Of a stretch of DNA of 64,000 nt, positions 24,781 to 38,419 are shown piece by piece. The position numbers and the translations under genes are program-made. This DNA is from Chiloscyllium plagiosum (Eukaryota): assembly GCF_004010195.1 (NCBI RefSeq), contig NC_057718.1:94535205-94599204 (forward strand). Reading direction: 5' to 3'. Position 1 is the stretch's first letter; each line of letters begins with the position of its first letter. The notes under the pieces were generated by a model. That model had not been told where the DNA came from, ran no database searches, and was given only the letters and a program-made list of their open reading frames with translations.

Positions 24781-25239
24781 AAGGCCCATTAAGGTTGGGT
24801 GGTCAGAGGTTGGTTGGGAATTTTTCCTGTACCCTGAAGCACAGAGCAGCAGCCTGGGGGAACCTTTCCGGCAGAGCTGGAGGCCATCTTACCTGGTTGC
24901 AGCCAGCGGACGGTGCCCTCTCTGCCACGGTGGCTCAGTTGCTAAGGATCTCTCATTGGTCTTATTGTTTCAAGGACCCAGTCGGTGTCCTTCATTGAAT
25001 GGTGAGCCCATTTCCTGCTCATTAATTGGCCAATCCAGGGGAGATCCTGCTCCTCTAATAGCGTGGGATTCCAAACCCCTTCGGACTCTCATGATAGCAG
25101 TGTTCTGAAGCCAATGAGGGGAAAACCAACCTGAGAAATGTTACTCCCCTTTCACAGGAATGTTGAGGCTAATTGCTGGCTAAGATACAATAGTTGAAAG
25201 CTTAACTGTTGCAGTCCTTAAAGAAGAGCATGGAATTTT

Positions 25240-25640
25240 TGTTTTATTATTAATTCAAGGGATATGGGCTTTGCTGGCAAGACCAGCATTAATAGCCCAT
25301 CTTTAATTGACCAGAGAGCAATTAAGAGTCAACTACATTCCTTTGGAGTCACATGTAGGCTAGACCAGGTAAGGAGAGCAGATCACCCTCACCCCTTTCC
25401 CAAGGGACATGGGTGAATCAGATGGGTTTCTTTTATTCATTCCAGGGAAGAGGACATCTTTGGCCAGGCCAGCATTTATTGCCCATCCCTAATTGCCCAG
25501 AGGGCAGTAAAGAGTCAACATCCCAGATTTTTATTGAATTCAAATTTCACCATCAGCCATTTTGGCTTTTGAACCCATGTCCCCACAACATTAGACTGAG
25601 GCTCTAGGGGACTAGGCCACTGAGAATACCACCTCCTCCC
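25240..25640 (-). mobile_element. SINE of the 22925 family, with a second partial copy nested
   Basis: CCAGCATT(A/T)AT..CCCATC..TAATTG.CCAGAG.GCA..AAGAGTCAAC occurs twice. Confidence 0.75.
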
Positions 25641-25775
25641 CTAACAAGCCTATAAGCTCAGCCCTTCCTGTTCCCGATGGCTTGGCTTGACATCAGGCTG
25701 CACTTCACACTATTTGAAGCAGTGTCAGAATTCATATCGCACTACTTTCCTCAGTTCCATTATAATTGAAGATAA

Positions 25776-26680
25776 TGTGACGATACTGTGCCTGTGTGGA
25801 GTCTGCACATTCTCCCCGTGTCTGCGTGAGTTTCCTCCGGGTGCTCCGGTTTCCTTCCACCGTCCAAAGATGTTCAGGTTAGGTGAATTGGCCATGCTAA
25901 ATTGCCCGTAGTGTTAGGAGCATTAGTCAGGGGTAAATGTAGGGGAATGGGTCTGGGTGGGTTGCTCTTTGGAGGTTCGGTGTGGACTTGTTGGGCCAAA
26001 GGACCTGTTTCCACACTGTGGGGAATCTTATCTAATCTTATGGGATGTATTCTCTTTCTCTGAGAGAGCAGCGGTTGTCATAGCAATACCAAGGTGTTCT
26101 CCTTCAGACAGGCAGTCGGTAAACAGCTTGGAGGTCTCCCAAGACTTTTTTTTAAGTAAAGCAAAAGAATCATGAGTGGGTGGGGTCAGGCTCACATAGA
26201 TCCAGAAGATGTTAATTTTGCCGTTTAATTAGTTGGTGATCTTTGCGGGCTGCTGGAGCTAAAGGTTGGAGTTCTCTGCTGAACGAGTGATGTCTTAGAC
26301 AGAAAGGCTTCCTCTTAAAAAATCAAAAAGGGCAAATTGTTTTGACTGGACTGGAGAGAGACAACATGTGAGAATAATTACTGTGTTGGTGCATTGCCTT
26401 TGCCAAAGGTGTGTTTATGGGATGCTGCCTATTTTGGAGCATTTGATGATGAGTGGTTAAATAATATATTATCTTGTTCAGTATTTCAATAGAGTAAAGT
26501 CATGCCACTTCTTCTGTTTGGAGGACGTTAACTATGCTGTAAGACTAAAGTGGATTTTTATTAAAGCTTAGTGGTGGATCAATCAAATCATATCTGGAAC
26601 ACAGCATCTTACACTTGCCTTTTAAAAGGGTTGAGGTTATATCCATAATATACTTTGGAGCTCTGGTCTGGTCCATAAAA
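25776..26680 (+). mobile_element. Probable solo LTR (Gypsy-like), interrupted by HE1
   Basis: Starts TGTGACGATACTGTGCC and ends GGTCTGGTCCATAAAA (decayed ...ATAACA); ATAA flanks both ends (25772-25775, 26681-26684); non-coding. Confidence 0.55.
25792..26040 (+). mobile_element. 5'-truncated HE1 V-SINE
   Basis: V-domain GTGTGGAGTCTGCACATTCTCCCCGTGTCTGCGTG..., CTAAT tail. Confidence 0.92.
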
Positions 26681-27429
26681 ATAACTATTACAATGCTGCA
26701 AGCTCCCGTAAACATGGAACACAAGTCCCTCACAGATGTTGGCAATAAAGAAGAGATATGTTTGAATGAGTTACAATGCAGCTGGCATCATCCTGCTTTC
26801 TCTGCCGCTGCTTTCCCTCCTCCATTGCAACTAAATCAAGCTGTTGATTTTAACAAGTATGGAATTATATTCGAGTATTTGTCATCGAGTTGTTGAGTGG
26901 GATCACTTAAAGCTACCTGGTACTTCCAATGAACAATTTTAATGCTCTGTTTGATTTTGAGATTAATACACAAAATATTATTATTGAAAATGCTTTGCAA
27001 TGAAACTAAATACAGCCAAACACTAAAAAGTACACACAACTCAGACTGAGGATGAAGATTATGGCTACGTTTTTGTTATGTAGCAGGTACGAAGCACATT
27101 AAACTTTTTGCATTTAATCTTACATTCACACTCCCTCAGTCAAAGTCACTAAAGGAAGGAAATTGTCTGTATCTGAATGCTCAGCCCCACTACTGCATCA
27201 TTTTAAACACCTTAGACATCAGCTCTGTGGCGAGGTTGGCAGAGCTAACATTCCCCTTCCCCATGAAAAAGTAAAGAAGAGATTTGATGGACATGTTCAA
27301 GATCTTGAGGGCTCTGGACAGAGTCGATAAGGACAAGCCAATCCCATTAGTGAATGGTCAAGAGTGAGGAAGCACCAATCTCAAGTGATTGACAAAAGAA
27401 GTAATGACCTGCCACACTTTTTGACTTGT

Positions 27430-27700
27430 GACAGTGGTGGGGAGCTGCCTTCTTGAAATTTCTGTGGTCCTTGTAACAGGGACACTCATATGCTGTTGGG
27501 GACGGAGTTCCAGGACTTTGATTTAGGAATAGTGAAGGGGCGGTATTTCTCATCAGGATGGTGTGTGGCTTAGAGGGGAGTCATGGAGTTCCCTTGTGTT
27601 TGCTGCCCTTATCCTTTTCAGTGGTTGAGTTCACAGGTTTACAAGGTGCTGCAGAAGGAGCCTTGGTGTGTCGCTGCAGTGCATCTTCTGATAATGTAAT
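27430..27700 (-). mobile_element. CR1-group (L2/Crack-like) LINE 3' fragment
   Basis: Reverse complement resembles 44490-44730 (GATGCACTGCAG...AAGGCTCCTT..CAGCACCTT). Confidence 0.7.
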
Positions 27701-28499
27701 GTGTTTATACGGTATGCAAAGGTACAGCACAGCAGGTGGTGTACCAGACCAGTGCTGGCTCTTTGGAAGTGCGATCATTTATTCCCATTCCTAATTTTTC
27801 CCCTGTATTCCTTCAAAATTTTTACTTTCAATTAAACTTATCAAAATCACATTGAACGTTACTGAACTCACTGTGGTGTGGGTTTTACGGGATATTATAC
27901 CTGAAGTGGCAATGCTTACGATACCTCTGATAACATTAGAACAATATATTGATAACATGGTATTGAAAGATTCAACAGGCATTGTCATAGATCCTGATAT
28001 ATTATTGCAATCACCAGCACTTCAGAGTCCATGCTATTGCTAAACTATATACAGTTACAAACAGTGGTGGGTCTCCATCAGCATGCCATGTGTTAAATGG
28101 CTGCAATTAAGATGAAGTCTGAGACATATTTGTCGACATGCTGTGACACAGTGATAATACTATGTGGATGCAGGCATGTTGCTTACTAACTATGAAACAA
28201 TATGTAACAGATGGGACTGAATGTACTTCCTGTACCTTCTCAGACATTGATCGATTGAATTGCATTCTCGATCATGTTCCTATATAAAAGCTCGCCCTCT
28301 TCTCATCCACACTTCCTTTTGCCACTCATGTTAAATCTCTGCATCTGGCTATTTATTTGTCTCCATTGGAAGCAGTTTTTAGTCTGTTAAAATCTGTCAT
28401 GGTTTTCAAATCTCTATTAAATCTCCTTTTCACCTCCCACGCACTAACAAGAACAATTTCTGCTTTTCTAGTGAATTATGTTGACCTTGTTTGAAATTC

Positions 28500-28872
28500 A
28501 TTGAAACATATAAAATTCAAACACGCCTGGACAGTCCAGCTGCACGGAGGATGTTTTCCCCTGGTTGGGGGAGTCTAAGCCCAGAGGATATAGGCTCAAG
28601 AAATGGGACGGACCATTTAGACGTGGGGGGGGAAGGTAGAATAATTTCTTAATTCAAAGGTAACCTGTGCAGTCCTCCAGCACAGAGGGCTGTGAAGTCA
28701 TTGTAAGCATTCAAGATAGAGTTGGGTACACTTCTAGATAGTGAGGACATCAAGGCATATCAGGAGAAATTGGGAAAATGGCACTGAGATAGGACATCAG
28801 CCATGATCTTAATGAATAGCAGATGAGGCCCAAAGGGCTGAATGACCTATTCCCACTTGTAGTTTCTATGTT
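28500..28872 (+). mobile_element. Old CR1 3' fragment
   Basis: IETYKI...RMFSP remnants and 3' UTR AAGGGCTGAATGACCTATTCC...TTTCTATG. Confidence 0.75.
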
Positions 28873-28904
28873 GCTAAGGCTGTCTGCATCAAGCAACTTT
28901 ATAC

Positions 28905-31080
28905 AGTCATAGAGATATACAGCATGGAAACAGACCCTTCGACCATGCTGACCAGATATCCAGTATAAATCTAATCATATTTTCCATTATTTGGCCCATA
29001 TCCCTCTAAACCCTTCCTACTCATAGACCCATCCAGAAGTCTTTTAAATATTGTGATTGTACTAGCCTTCACCACTTCTTCTGGCAGTTCTTTTCATACA
29101 CACACCACCCTTTGTGTAAAAAACTTTGCCCCTTACGTTCCTTTAATATCTTAAAACTATGTCCTCTAGTTCTAGACTGCCCCAACCTGGGGTAAAGACT
29201 TTGTCTATTTATCCTATCCATGCCCCTCATGATTTTATAAACGTCTAACCCTAACCCTCAGCGTCCGATGCTCCAGGTAAAACAGCCCCAACCTATTCAC
29301 CCTTTCCCTACAGTTCATATCCTCCAACTCTGGCAAATTTCACATAAATCGTTTCTGAACCCTTTCAAGTTTCACAACATCCTTCTAATAGGAGAGAGAC
29401 CAGAATTGCATGCAATATCCCAAAAGTGGCCTAACCAATGTCCTGTACAGCCGTAACATGACCTCTCAACTCCTATATTCAATACTCTGACCAATAAAGG
29501 AAAGCGTTGCAAATGTCTTCTTTACTATCCTATCTACCTGTAATGTCACTTTCAAGGAACTATGAGCATGCACTCAAAGACCTCTTTGTTCAGCATCACT
29601 TCCCAGGACCTTACCATTAAGTTATAAATCCTGCTCTGATTTGCTTTTCCAAAATGCAGCACCTTGCATTTATCTAAATTAAGCTCCATCTGCCACTCCT
29701 TGGCCAATTGGCCCATCTGATCAAGATCCTGTTGTAATCTGATGTAATCTTCCTCACTGTCCACTATACCTCCAATTTTGGTATCATCTGCAAACTTACT
29801 AACTATACGTCTTATGCTCACATCCCAATCATTTATATAAATGATAAAAAATAGTGGACCCAGCACCGAGCCTTGTGGCACACCACTGGTCACAGGCCTC
29901 CAGTCTGAAAAACAACCCTCCACCACTCCCCTCTCTCTTCTACCTTTGAGCCAGTTCTATATCCAAATGGCAAGTTCTCCCTGTTTTCCATGAGACCTAA
30001 CCTTTCTAATCAGTCTCCCATATGGAACCTTGTCGAACGCCTTACTGAAGTTTATATAGATCACGTCCACCACTCTGCCCTCATCAATCCTCTTTGTTAC
30101 TTCTTCAAAAAAACTCAATCAAGTTAGTGAGCCATGATTTCCCATGCACAAAGCCATGCCGACTATCCCTAATCAGTCCTTGTCTTTCCAAATATATGTA
30201 AATCCTGTCTCTCAGGATTCCCTCCATCAACCAGCCCACGACTGAGGTCAGGCTCACTGGTCTACAGTTCCCTGACTTTGCCTTATCACCTTTCTTAAAT
30301 AGTGGCACCACATTAGCCAACCTCCAGTCTTCCGGCACCTCACCTATGACTATCGATGATATAAATATCTCAGCAAGGTGCCCAGCAATCACTTCCCTAG
30401 CTTCTCACAGAGTTCCAGGGTACACCTGATCAGGTTCGAGGGATTTATCCAACTTTATGCATTTTACGAGATCCAGCATCTCCTCTTCTGTAATATGGAC
30501 ATTTGTCAAGATGTCACTGTTTATTTCTCCACGTTCTCCATCTTCCAATTCTTTCTCTACAGTAAACACTGATGCAAAATACTCATTCACTACCTCCTCC
30601 ATCTCCTGTGGGTCCACATGTAGATGGCTTTGCTGATCTTTAAGGGACGAGATAAGAGTGGTGCTGGAAAAACACAGCAGGTCAGGCAGCATCCGAGGAG
30701 CAGGAAAATCGATGTTTCGGACAAAATCCCTTCATCTTTGCCCGAAATGTCGATTTTCCTGCTCCTCGGATGCTGCCTGACCTGCTGTGCTTTTCCAGAA
30801 CCACTCGAATCTACACTCTGATTTCCAGCATCTGCAGTCCTCACTTTTGCCTACTGATCTTTAAAGGGCTCTATTCTCTCCCTAGTTATCCTTCTGTCCT
30901 TAATATATTTGTAGAATCGCTTTGGATTCTCATTAACCCTATTTGCTGAATTTATCCTGATTTCCCTCCTAGGTATACTGCTGTCTTTAAACTCTTCTAG
31001 GGATTTAATCGATATATGCTATCTCTACCTTTTTTGACCAAAACTTCAATTTCTTTAGTCATTCAGCATTTCTTTAGCTA
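28905..31080 (-). mobile_element. CR1 LINE about 2.2 kb, 5'-truncated, pseudogenised
   Basis: ORFs 29552-30692: [49 protein letters not shown]; 3' UTR at about 28905. Confidence 0.95.
30648..30853. mobile_element. PLE family A palindromic mini-element inserted in CR1
   Basis: Inverted arms; centre ...CCCTTCATC|TTTGCCCGAAATGTCG fuses two hammerhead halves; flanked by CTGATCTTTAA(A)GGG duplication. Confidence 0.85.
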
Positions 31081-31384
31081 ACTGTGAAAGAAGTGTGTCT
31101 AACGAAAGCATGATTTTTAAAAAATTGTTTTTTTTAATGGTCTGAAAGGTAATTAATGAAATCTAATGATATTGTAAATCCTGTCATGGTCAATAATCCA
31201 TTTCTTTATGTCTACTTTCACTCTGTGGTATTAACTAAACCTCACACAACCCATTGGAGAGGAGGGTTGTTATTTTTTTTCCCACATATTTTTGCTCAAA
31301 TGTCTTCTGGGATCTAATATAAGACAGACGGAATGGCGCAGGAATTCCACGTTTAATTCTGTTCTCCCTGAAATAGGAAAAATG

Positions 31385-33480
31385 TTAGAGTCATAGAGAT
31401 GTACAGCATGGAAACAGACCCTTTGGTCTAACCCGTCCATGCCGATCAGATATCCCAACCCAATCCAGTCCCACCTGCCAGCACCCGGCCCATATCCCTC
31501 CAAACCCTTCCTATTCATATACCCATCCAAATGCCTCTTAAATGTTGCAATTGTACCAGCCTCCACCACATCCTCTGGCAGCTCATTCCATACACGTACC
31601 ACCCGCTGCGTGAAAACGTTGCCCCTTAGGTCTCTTTCATATCTTTCCCTGCTCACCCTAAACCTATGCCCACTAGTTCTGGACTCCCCAACCCCAGGGA
31701 AAAGACTTTGTCTATTTATCCTATCTATGCCCTTCATAATTTTGTAAACCTCTATAAGGTCACTCCTTAGCCTCCAACGCTCCAGGGAAAACAGCCCCAG
31801 CCTGTTCAGCCTCTCCCTGTAGCCCAGATCCTCCAACCCTGGCAACATCCTTGTAAATCTTTTCTGAACCCTTTCAAGTTTCACAACATCATTCCAATAG
31901 GAAGGAGACCAGAATTGCATGCAATACTCCAACAGTGGCCTAACCAATGTCCTGTACAGCCGCAACATGACCTCCCAACACCTGTACCTCAATACTCTGA
32001 CCAATAAAGTAAAGCATACCAAACGCCTTCTTCATTATCCTATCTACCTGCGACTCCACTTTCAAGGAGCTATGAACCTGCACTCCAAAGTCTCTTTGCT
32101 CAACAACACTCCCTAGGACCTTACCATTAAGTGTGTAAGTCCTGCTAAGATTTGCTTTCCAAAATGCAGCACCTCGCATTTATCTAAATTAAACTCCATC
32201 TGCCACTTCTCAGCCCATTGGCTCATCTGGTCCAGATCCTGTTGTAATCTGAGGTAACCCTCTTCGCTGTCCACTACACCTCCAATTTTGGTGTCATCTG
32301 CAAACTTACTAACTGTACCTCTTATGCTCGCATCCAAATCATTTATGTAAATAACCAAAAGTAGAGGACCCAGCACCGATCCTTGTGGCACTCCACTGGT
32401 CAGAGGCCTCCAGTCTGAAAAACAACCCTCCAACACCACCCTCTGTCTTCGACCTTTGAGCCAGTTCTGTATCCAAATGGCTAGTTCTCCCTGTATTCCA
32501 TGAGATTTAAAGGATTGGACACTTTGGAGGCAGGAAACATGTTTCTGCTGATGGGTGAGTCACGAACCAGAGGACACAGCTTAAAATAAGGGGTAGGCCA
32601 TTTAGGACAGCGATGAGGAGAAACTTCTTCACCCAGAGAGTGATGGGTGTGTGGAATGCTCTGCCCCAGAAGGCAGTGGAGGCCCAGTCTCTGGATTCGT
32701 TTAAGAAAGAGTTAGATAGAGCTCTCAAGAATAGTGGAATCAAGAGTTATGGAGATAAGGCAGGAACAGGATACTGATTGAGGATGATCAGCCATGATCA
32801 TAATGAATGGTGGTCAGGCTCGAAGGGCAGAATGGCCTACTCCTGCACCTATTGTCTATTGTCTATTTAACCTTGCTAATCAGTCTCCCATGGGAAACCT
32901 TGTCGAACACCTTACTGAAGTCCAATTCAGTGAAGATCAGTGATGATGAGATAGCTATATGCTGAAGTGGCATCCGTTTCTTGACCATCAGCAATACGTT
33001 GATCTTAGATCTACCATGACAGAGTAGAAATTATCTGAAATTAAATTTCTTAGCTCTAAGAGAATGTCTAAAATTGGACTCACTAGTTTGAATTAAATAG
33101 CACTAATCTGTTTAGTAACAAGACAGCGTGCTGCTGGAAAAGCACAGCAGGTATGTCACCATCTATTTCCCTACAGTCTATATCTTCCATTTCCTTTTCC
33201 ACAGTAAATACTGATGCAAAATATTCATTTAGTATCTCCTCCATTTTGTGTGGCTCCACACAAAGGCCGCCTTGCTGATATTTGAGGGGCCCTATTCTCT
33301 CCCTAGTTACCCTTTTGTCCTTAATATATTTGTAAAAACCCTTTGGATTCTCCTTAATTCTATTCACCAAAGCTATCTCATGTCCCCTTTTTGCCCTCCT
33401 GATTTCCCTCTTAAGTATACTCCTACTTTCTTTATACTCTTCTAAGGATTCACTCGATCTATCCTGTCTATACCTGACAT
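31385..33480 (-). mobile_element. CR1 LINE, 5'-truncated, with nested insertions and a deletion
   Basis: ORFs 31270-32022, 32113-32439 (FADDTK) and 33083-33370 (KENPKGFYKYI..LNEYFASVFT). Confidence 0.95.
32507..32867 (+). mobile_element. CR1 3' fragment of another subfamily (ATTGTCT tail) nested in CR1
   Basis: KGLDTLEAGNMF..GESRTRGHSLKIRGRPFRTAMRRNFFTQRV; tail CTATTGTCTATTGTCTAT. Confidence 0.9.
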
Positions 33481-33972
33481 TTGTTAAACTTGAAAGGGTA
33501 CAGAAAAAATTAATTGCCAGGGTCGGAAGGTTTGAGTTTCAGGGAGAGGCTGAATAGGCTGGGGCTATTTTCCCTGGAATGCAGGAAGCTGAGGGATGAC
33601 CTTAAAGAGGTTTATAAAATCACGAGAAGCATGGATAGGGTGAAGAGTCAAGGTCTTTTCCCAGGGGTAGGGGAGTCCAAAACTGGAGGATACAGGTTTA
33701 GGGTGAGAGGGGAAAGATTTAAAAGTGACCGCAGCTGCAACCTTTTCACGTAGAGGGTGGTATGCGTATAGAATGAGCTGCCAGAGGAAGTGGTGGAGGC
33801 TGGTACAATTACAACATTCAAAGATATCTGGATGGGTATATGAATAAGAAGGGGTTTGGAGGGATATAGGCCAATGGGACTGGATTAATTTAGGCTACTT
33901 AGTCGGCATAGATGAGTTGAAGTGAAGGGTTTGTTTCCATGTTATCCATCCCTGTGATTCTATGACTTTGTG
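33481..33972 (+). mobile_element. CR1 3' fragment
   Basis: ORF 33514-33753 LSFRERLNRLGLFSLE; CR1 3' UTR. Confidence 0.92.
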
Positions 33973-34204
33973 ACATGGGGAAAGTAAATGTTACGAAAAG
34001 AAATTAAAATCCAGCAATTCAGGTAGATTGCTAGCTTGCACTCAATTGCTGAGATAAAATACATCACAGCTGTTAGAGTGATATATATAAAAACCCAGCG
34101 AGCTGAAGAGTTAGCTGCACTCCTCTGCCTGTTGGTAGATTACAGGCCATGTTCTTTCTTTGTCATGTTAGCTCTCCTCCCTGTGTGGTTTCCTCATCAA
34201 GCCC

Positions 34205-34515
34205 ATGCTTGACAGGGTAAATGCTGAGAGATTGTTTCCTCTAGTGAGAGAGTCTAAGATCAGAAGGAATACATTCAAAATAAAGGGGTGACAATTTAAG
34301 ACTGAGATGAGGAGGAATTTCTTGTGAGAAATTGTACCTCCTTGCCAGAGAGTCCTTGTGTATTTTTAAGACTGAGATAGATTCTCGATAGGTAATGGAG
34401 TCAAGGGTCACAGGGAATCGGTAGGAAAATGGACATGAGGAATGTTGGATGAGCCATGAATGATGGAGTAGGTTTGAGGGTCTGATTAGCCTACTCTGTT
34501 CCTGTTTCTTATTAT
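34205..34515 (+). mobile_element. Old CR1 3' fragment
   Basis: LDRVNAERLFPLVRES...FKTEMRRNF and a CR1-like UTR. Confidence 0.75.
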
Positions 34516-34673
34516 CTAATTGTCTTATACTGACATGGGGCTGCTCTCCAAGAACGTCTTCATCCATGTTTCATATCACAAGCTGATTTCTGTCAGCTGA
34601 CCATAGTATCAGTTTTCCCACTGTCCACACAGTTAACCCATGACAATGTGAAAAATGACACTCAATGGGGTGT

Positions 34674-35132
34674 CATTTTAACACCCCCTCCCACTCCGCC
34701 AAGGACATGCAGGTCCTGGGCCTCCTCCATCATCACACCCTAACCACCCAATGCCTGGAGAAGAATGCCTCATCTTTCACCTTGGGACCCTCCAACCACA
34801 TGGCATCAATGTGGACTTCACTAGTTTCCTCATTTCTCCTCCACCCACCTTATCCCAGTTCCAACTTTGCAACTCAGCACTGCCCTCATGACCTGCCCTA
34901 CCTGTTCAGCTTCCTTCCCACATATCCGCTCCACCCTCCTCTCCAATCTATCACCATCACCCTCTCCTCCATCTACCTATCTCAGCTACCTTCCCCCAGG
35001 CCCCACCCCCTCACATTTATCTCTCTACCCCCTCGGCTCACAAGCCTCATTCCCAATATTGCCCGAATCGTCAATTCACCTGCTCCTCGGATGCTACCTG
35101 ACCTGCTGTGCTTTTCCAGCACCACACTCTCG
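34674..35132 (+). mobile_element. PLE family A 3' fragment (GIY-YIG C-terminus plus terminal repeat), 14-bp TSD
   Basis: TSD ACTCAATGGGGTGT at 34660-34673 and 35133-35146; HFNTPSHSAKDMQVLGL, then frameshifted LIFHLGTLQPHGINVDF; hammerhead core partly deleted. Confidence 0.88.
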
Positions 35133-36091
35133 ACTCAATGGGGTGTGATTATCAGCCAGTTGTATCACTTGTCGATAGAATGCTTTTTTGTCCTTCACAC
35201 CTCTCTGTGGAAATGCAGTGGTATTGCATTTTTGCAGCTAGTAATTCTATGGAATTCCTGTACAAATATTTATTTGCTCCTCAGACAATAGCAACTCCTA
35301 TGCCCACAGAAGAGATCTGGAGCATTTTGATTCCTTCCTCACGGGAAATTCCAAAGGAAGCATTTACATTTTAATGTCCAGCCAGGTTTAACTTCTGGCC
35401 ATGGATAGTTTTGTGTATATTTGGCAGATACAAGGTGAGAAAAGGTCACCTAACCTCCCGACACCATCTTATTTCAAAAAACAATTGTCCGTTCTGTTTC
35501 AAAAATATCCATTTTTTTCCCCTTAAGTGTTTCGTTATAACTAGGTGGCATGAAATGGTTCTCAAACTCGGTTTAATTGACTTCAAGCTGGCTAATGTTT
35601 TGTTTTATAATTTTTGAGAATTTCTTTTGTGAAGGGTAGAGAGAAAATATAATATGTTAGAACAACAATTTTGAAAGATCTGATGTTTATCAGCAATCCA
35701 TGAGATCATACCAGTAACAATGTAACTCATTGTATTGAACTAAAGATGACTATGTGAAATATGAAATAAATAATCTAACCTGCAAATTGGAATCAGAGTT
35801 GATTCATGAACAAAGACAGCAAAATATTCAACCTTTAGGAATTCTGTGCAATAGAATGTCACTGTTTTAATTTTGCTATCACAAAGTCAGAATTGTAAAC
35901 TATTTCAATATTTCATGACTAAATAGTTTTGATTCTTTGACAGTTTCCTGGTATTAACATTCATTTTTTTAAAAAAAATCACTGCTCTCCTTAAATTCAA
36001 GATTTGATTAAATTATGCTTATGACAGAAAGTTTTAACTAGGATTTGAGATCCCTTGCCATAAGAATAGTACCATGGCTCTATTTAGTTCC

Positions 36092-36825
36092 TCGGGAGTG
36101 TTGCTGAACAAAACAACTTTGGAATGCAGGTTTATAGCTCCTTGAAAGCAGACTCACAGATAGATGGGAAAGTGAAGAAGGCGTTTGGTATGCTTTCCTT
36201 TATTGGTCAGAGTATTGAGTACAGGAGTTGGGAGGACATGTTGCAGCTGTACAGGACATTGGTTAGGCCACTGTTGGAATATTGCGTGCAATTCTGGTCT
36301 CCTTCCTATTGGAAGGATGTTGTGAAACTTGAAAGGGTTCAGAAAAGATTTACAAGGATGTTGCCAGGGTTGGAGGATTTGAGATATAGGGAGAGGCTGA
36401 ACAGGCTGGGGCTGCTTTCCCTAGAGCATCGGAGGCTAAGGGGTGACCTTGTAGAGGTTTACAAAATTATGAGGGGCATGGATAGGATAAATAGACAAAG
36501 TCTTTTCCCTGGGGTGGGGGAGTCCAGAACTAGAGGGCATAGTTTTAGGGTGAGAGGGGAAAGGCATAAAAGAGACCTAAGGGGCAACGTTTTCATATAG
36601 AGGGTGGTATGTGTATGGAATGAGCTGCCAGAGGAAGCGGTGGAGCCTAGTACAATTGCAACATTCAAAAGGCATTTGGATGGGTATATGAATAGGAAGG
36701 GTTTGAGGGATATGGGCCGGGTGCTGGCAGGTGGGACTAGATTGGGGTGGGATATCTGGTCGGCATGGACGAGTTGGACCGAAGGGTCTGTTTCTGTGCT
36801 GTCCATCCCTATGACTCTATGACTG
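36092..36825 (+). mobile_element. CR1 3' fragment
   Basis: ORF 36124-36600 [19 protein letters not shown]...RRLRGDL; (CTATGACT)n tail. Confidence 0.95.
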
Positions 36826-37539
36826 TAGTGGTCAACATTCAAATATCACACATTTTTGCCCAAAGTGAGAGTATCAGCTTGCCAAGGTTGAGTCTGTGAG
36901 GTATTATTCCACCAAAGGGTTGTTGTATTGTCTGTTATGATCCAAAACACTGGTGCAGTCTGGACAATCTTACTGAAAGAAAATTAATGAGCAAGGAAAC
37001 AGGGTGGCTGCTGCAGGAAACCGATGAGTGTTAAGAACACAAGGTTTCAAAGGATCTATTCAAGAGGGCAAGGCTGTTTGTGTTACTCACAGAAGGTTTT
37101 GATTAAAGTTGAGAGCTACATTCTTTTTCTTGCCAATGTAATTGGAGCCCAATTATTCTGCAGTTTGTTTGTGTTCTTGGTCAGGCCGCTGGTGCCAGTG
37201 AGAGTGGGTAGGCTACTTGACATGCTGCCAGGTGAAGAAAATCTTGTTGGTGTTTCCCTTCCCATTTGGGAAAACATCAACAAAGTGAGGGGAGAGAGGT
37301 CAAAAGAAAACATGGCTTCATTGTGGCACAAGGTCATTTTCCTCAGACAGTGATCAGTTTGAACCTTTTTCACTCAAGTGTTGAGAACACTCCTCAAAGG
37401 CATTGGCAATCAGACTTTAAGCGAAATTTTAAGAATACACATTGGAAGCTGAACTTGCAAAAATAAAAGGTTGATCATTTGTTTTCAGTAAAATTCTTTC
37501 CTTTTGCCAGTTGGCTGTGGGAGGAAATCTGCCTTCATA

Positions 37540-38180
37540 GGATCATAGATTCCCTACAGTGTGGAAGCAGCCTATTCGGCCCATCAAGTCCATACAGAAC
37601 CACCGAAGAGCAGCTCAAACAGAGACACCGTCTACCCTCTTCCTGTAACCCTACATTTCCCATGGTCAATCCACCCCGCTTGCGCATCCCTGGACACTAC
37701 GGGCAATTTAGCATGGCCAATCCACCTAGAATCATTGAGATGCACAGCACAAAAACAGTTCCTTCGGTCCAACTCATCCATGCCGACCAGATATCCTCAA
37801 TTAATCTAGTCCCATTTGCCATTATTTGGTTCTCTAAACCCTTGCTAATCATGTTCCATTTCAGATGCCTTTTAAATATTATAATTATATCAGACTCCAC
37901 CCCATTCCTCTGGCAGCTCATTCCATATACGGACCAACCTCTGTGTGAAAGCGTTGTCCCTTAGGTCCCTTTTAAATCTTTCCCTCTCATCTTAAACCTC
38001 TGGTTTTGGATTCCCCTATTCTGGGGAAAAGTCCTTGGATAATCACTCTATCCATGCCCCTCATGATTTTATAAACTTCTACAAGGTCACCCCTCAGCCT
38101 CCGACACTCCAGGTAAAATAGCCCCAACCTATTCAGCCTCTCCCTATTGCTCAAACACTCCAACCCCGGCAACATCTGAT
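37540..38180 (-). mobile_element. HE1 3' part (37540-37728) abutting a CR1 3' fragment (37729-38180)
   Basis: GGCAATTTAGCATGGCCAATCCACCT (HE1, minus strand); ORF 37987-38235 RERLNRLGLFYLE..RLRGDL. Confidence 0.85.
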
Positions 38181-38419
38181 CCCTTTCAAGTAGCCCCAGG
38201 AAGGGGATGAATGTTCCTGTTCGGACGAGAAGCATTGAACTTGTCAGGAGTCACTGTATGGGATACCGCTCCTGGTATTTATCGGCACACAAAACACAGG
38301 CCTCTTGACCCTCCAGATGGTAGTGAGCTCTTCCACAACTGGAGGCTTCAGAGGCCTCCATAGACTGCCATTGGGCAGCTGGCGTGCCAACCTGCTTGCT
38401 AGACATTTGGAAACCATTT

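Noticed and set aside
31270..32022. 250-aa ORF, and similar ORFs at 36124, 38696 and 53688, as functional CDS
   Set aside because: These are CR1 ORF2 C-terminal fragments from 5'-truncated, frameshifted copies.
34082..34095. TATA-like TATATAAAAA (also TATATAAAAG at about 28281)
   Set aside because: No downstream gene structure or CpG island; expected by chance in AT-rich DNA.
34665..35291. 208-aa ORF as a gene
   Set aside because: It starts in a PLE GIY-YIG remnant, shifts out of frame and reads through the terminal repeat into flanking DNA.
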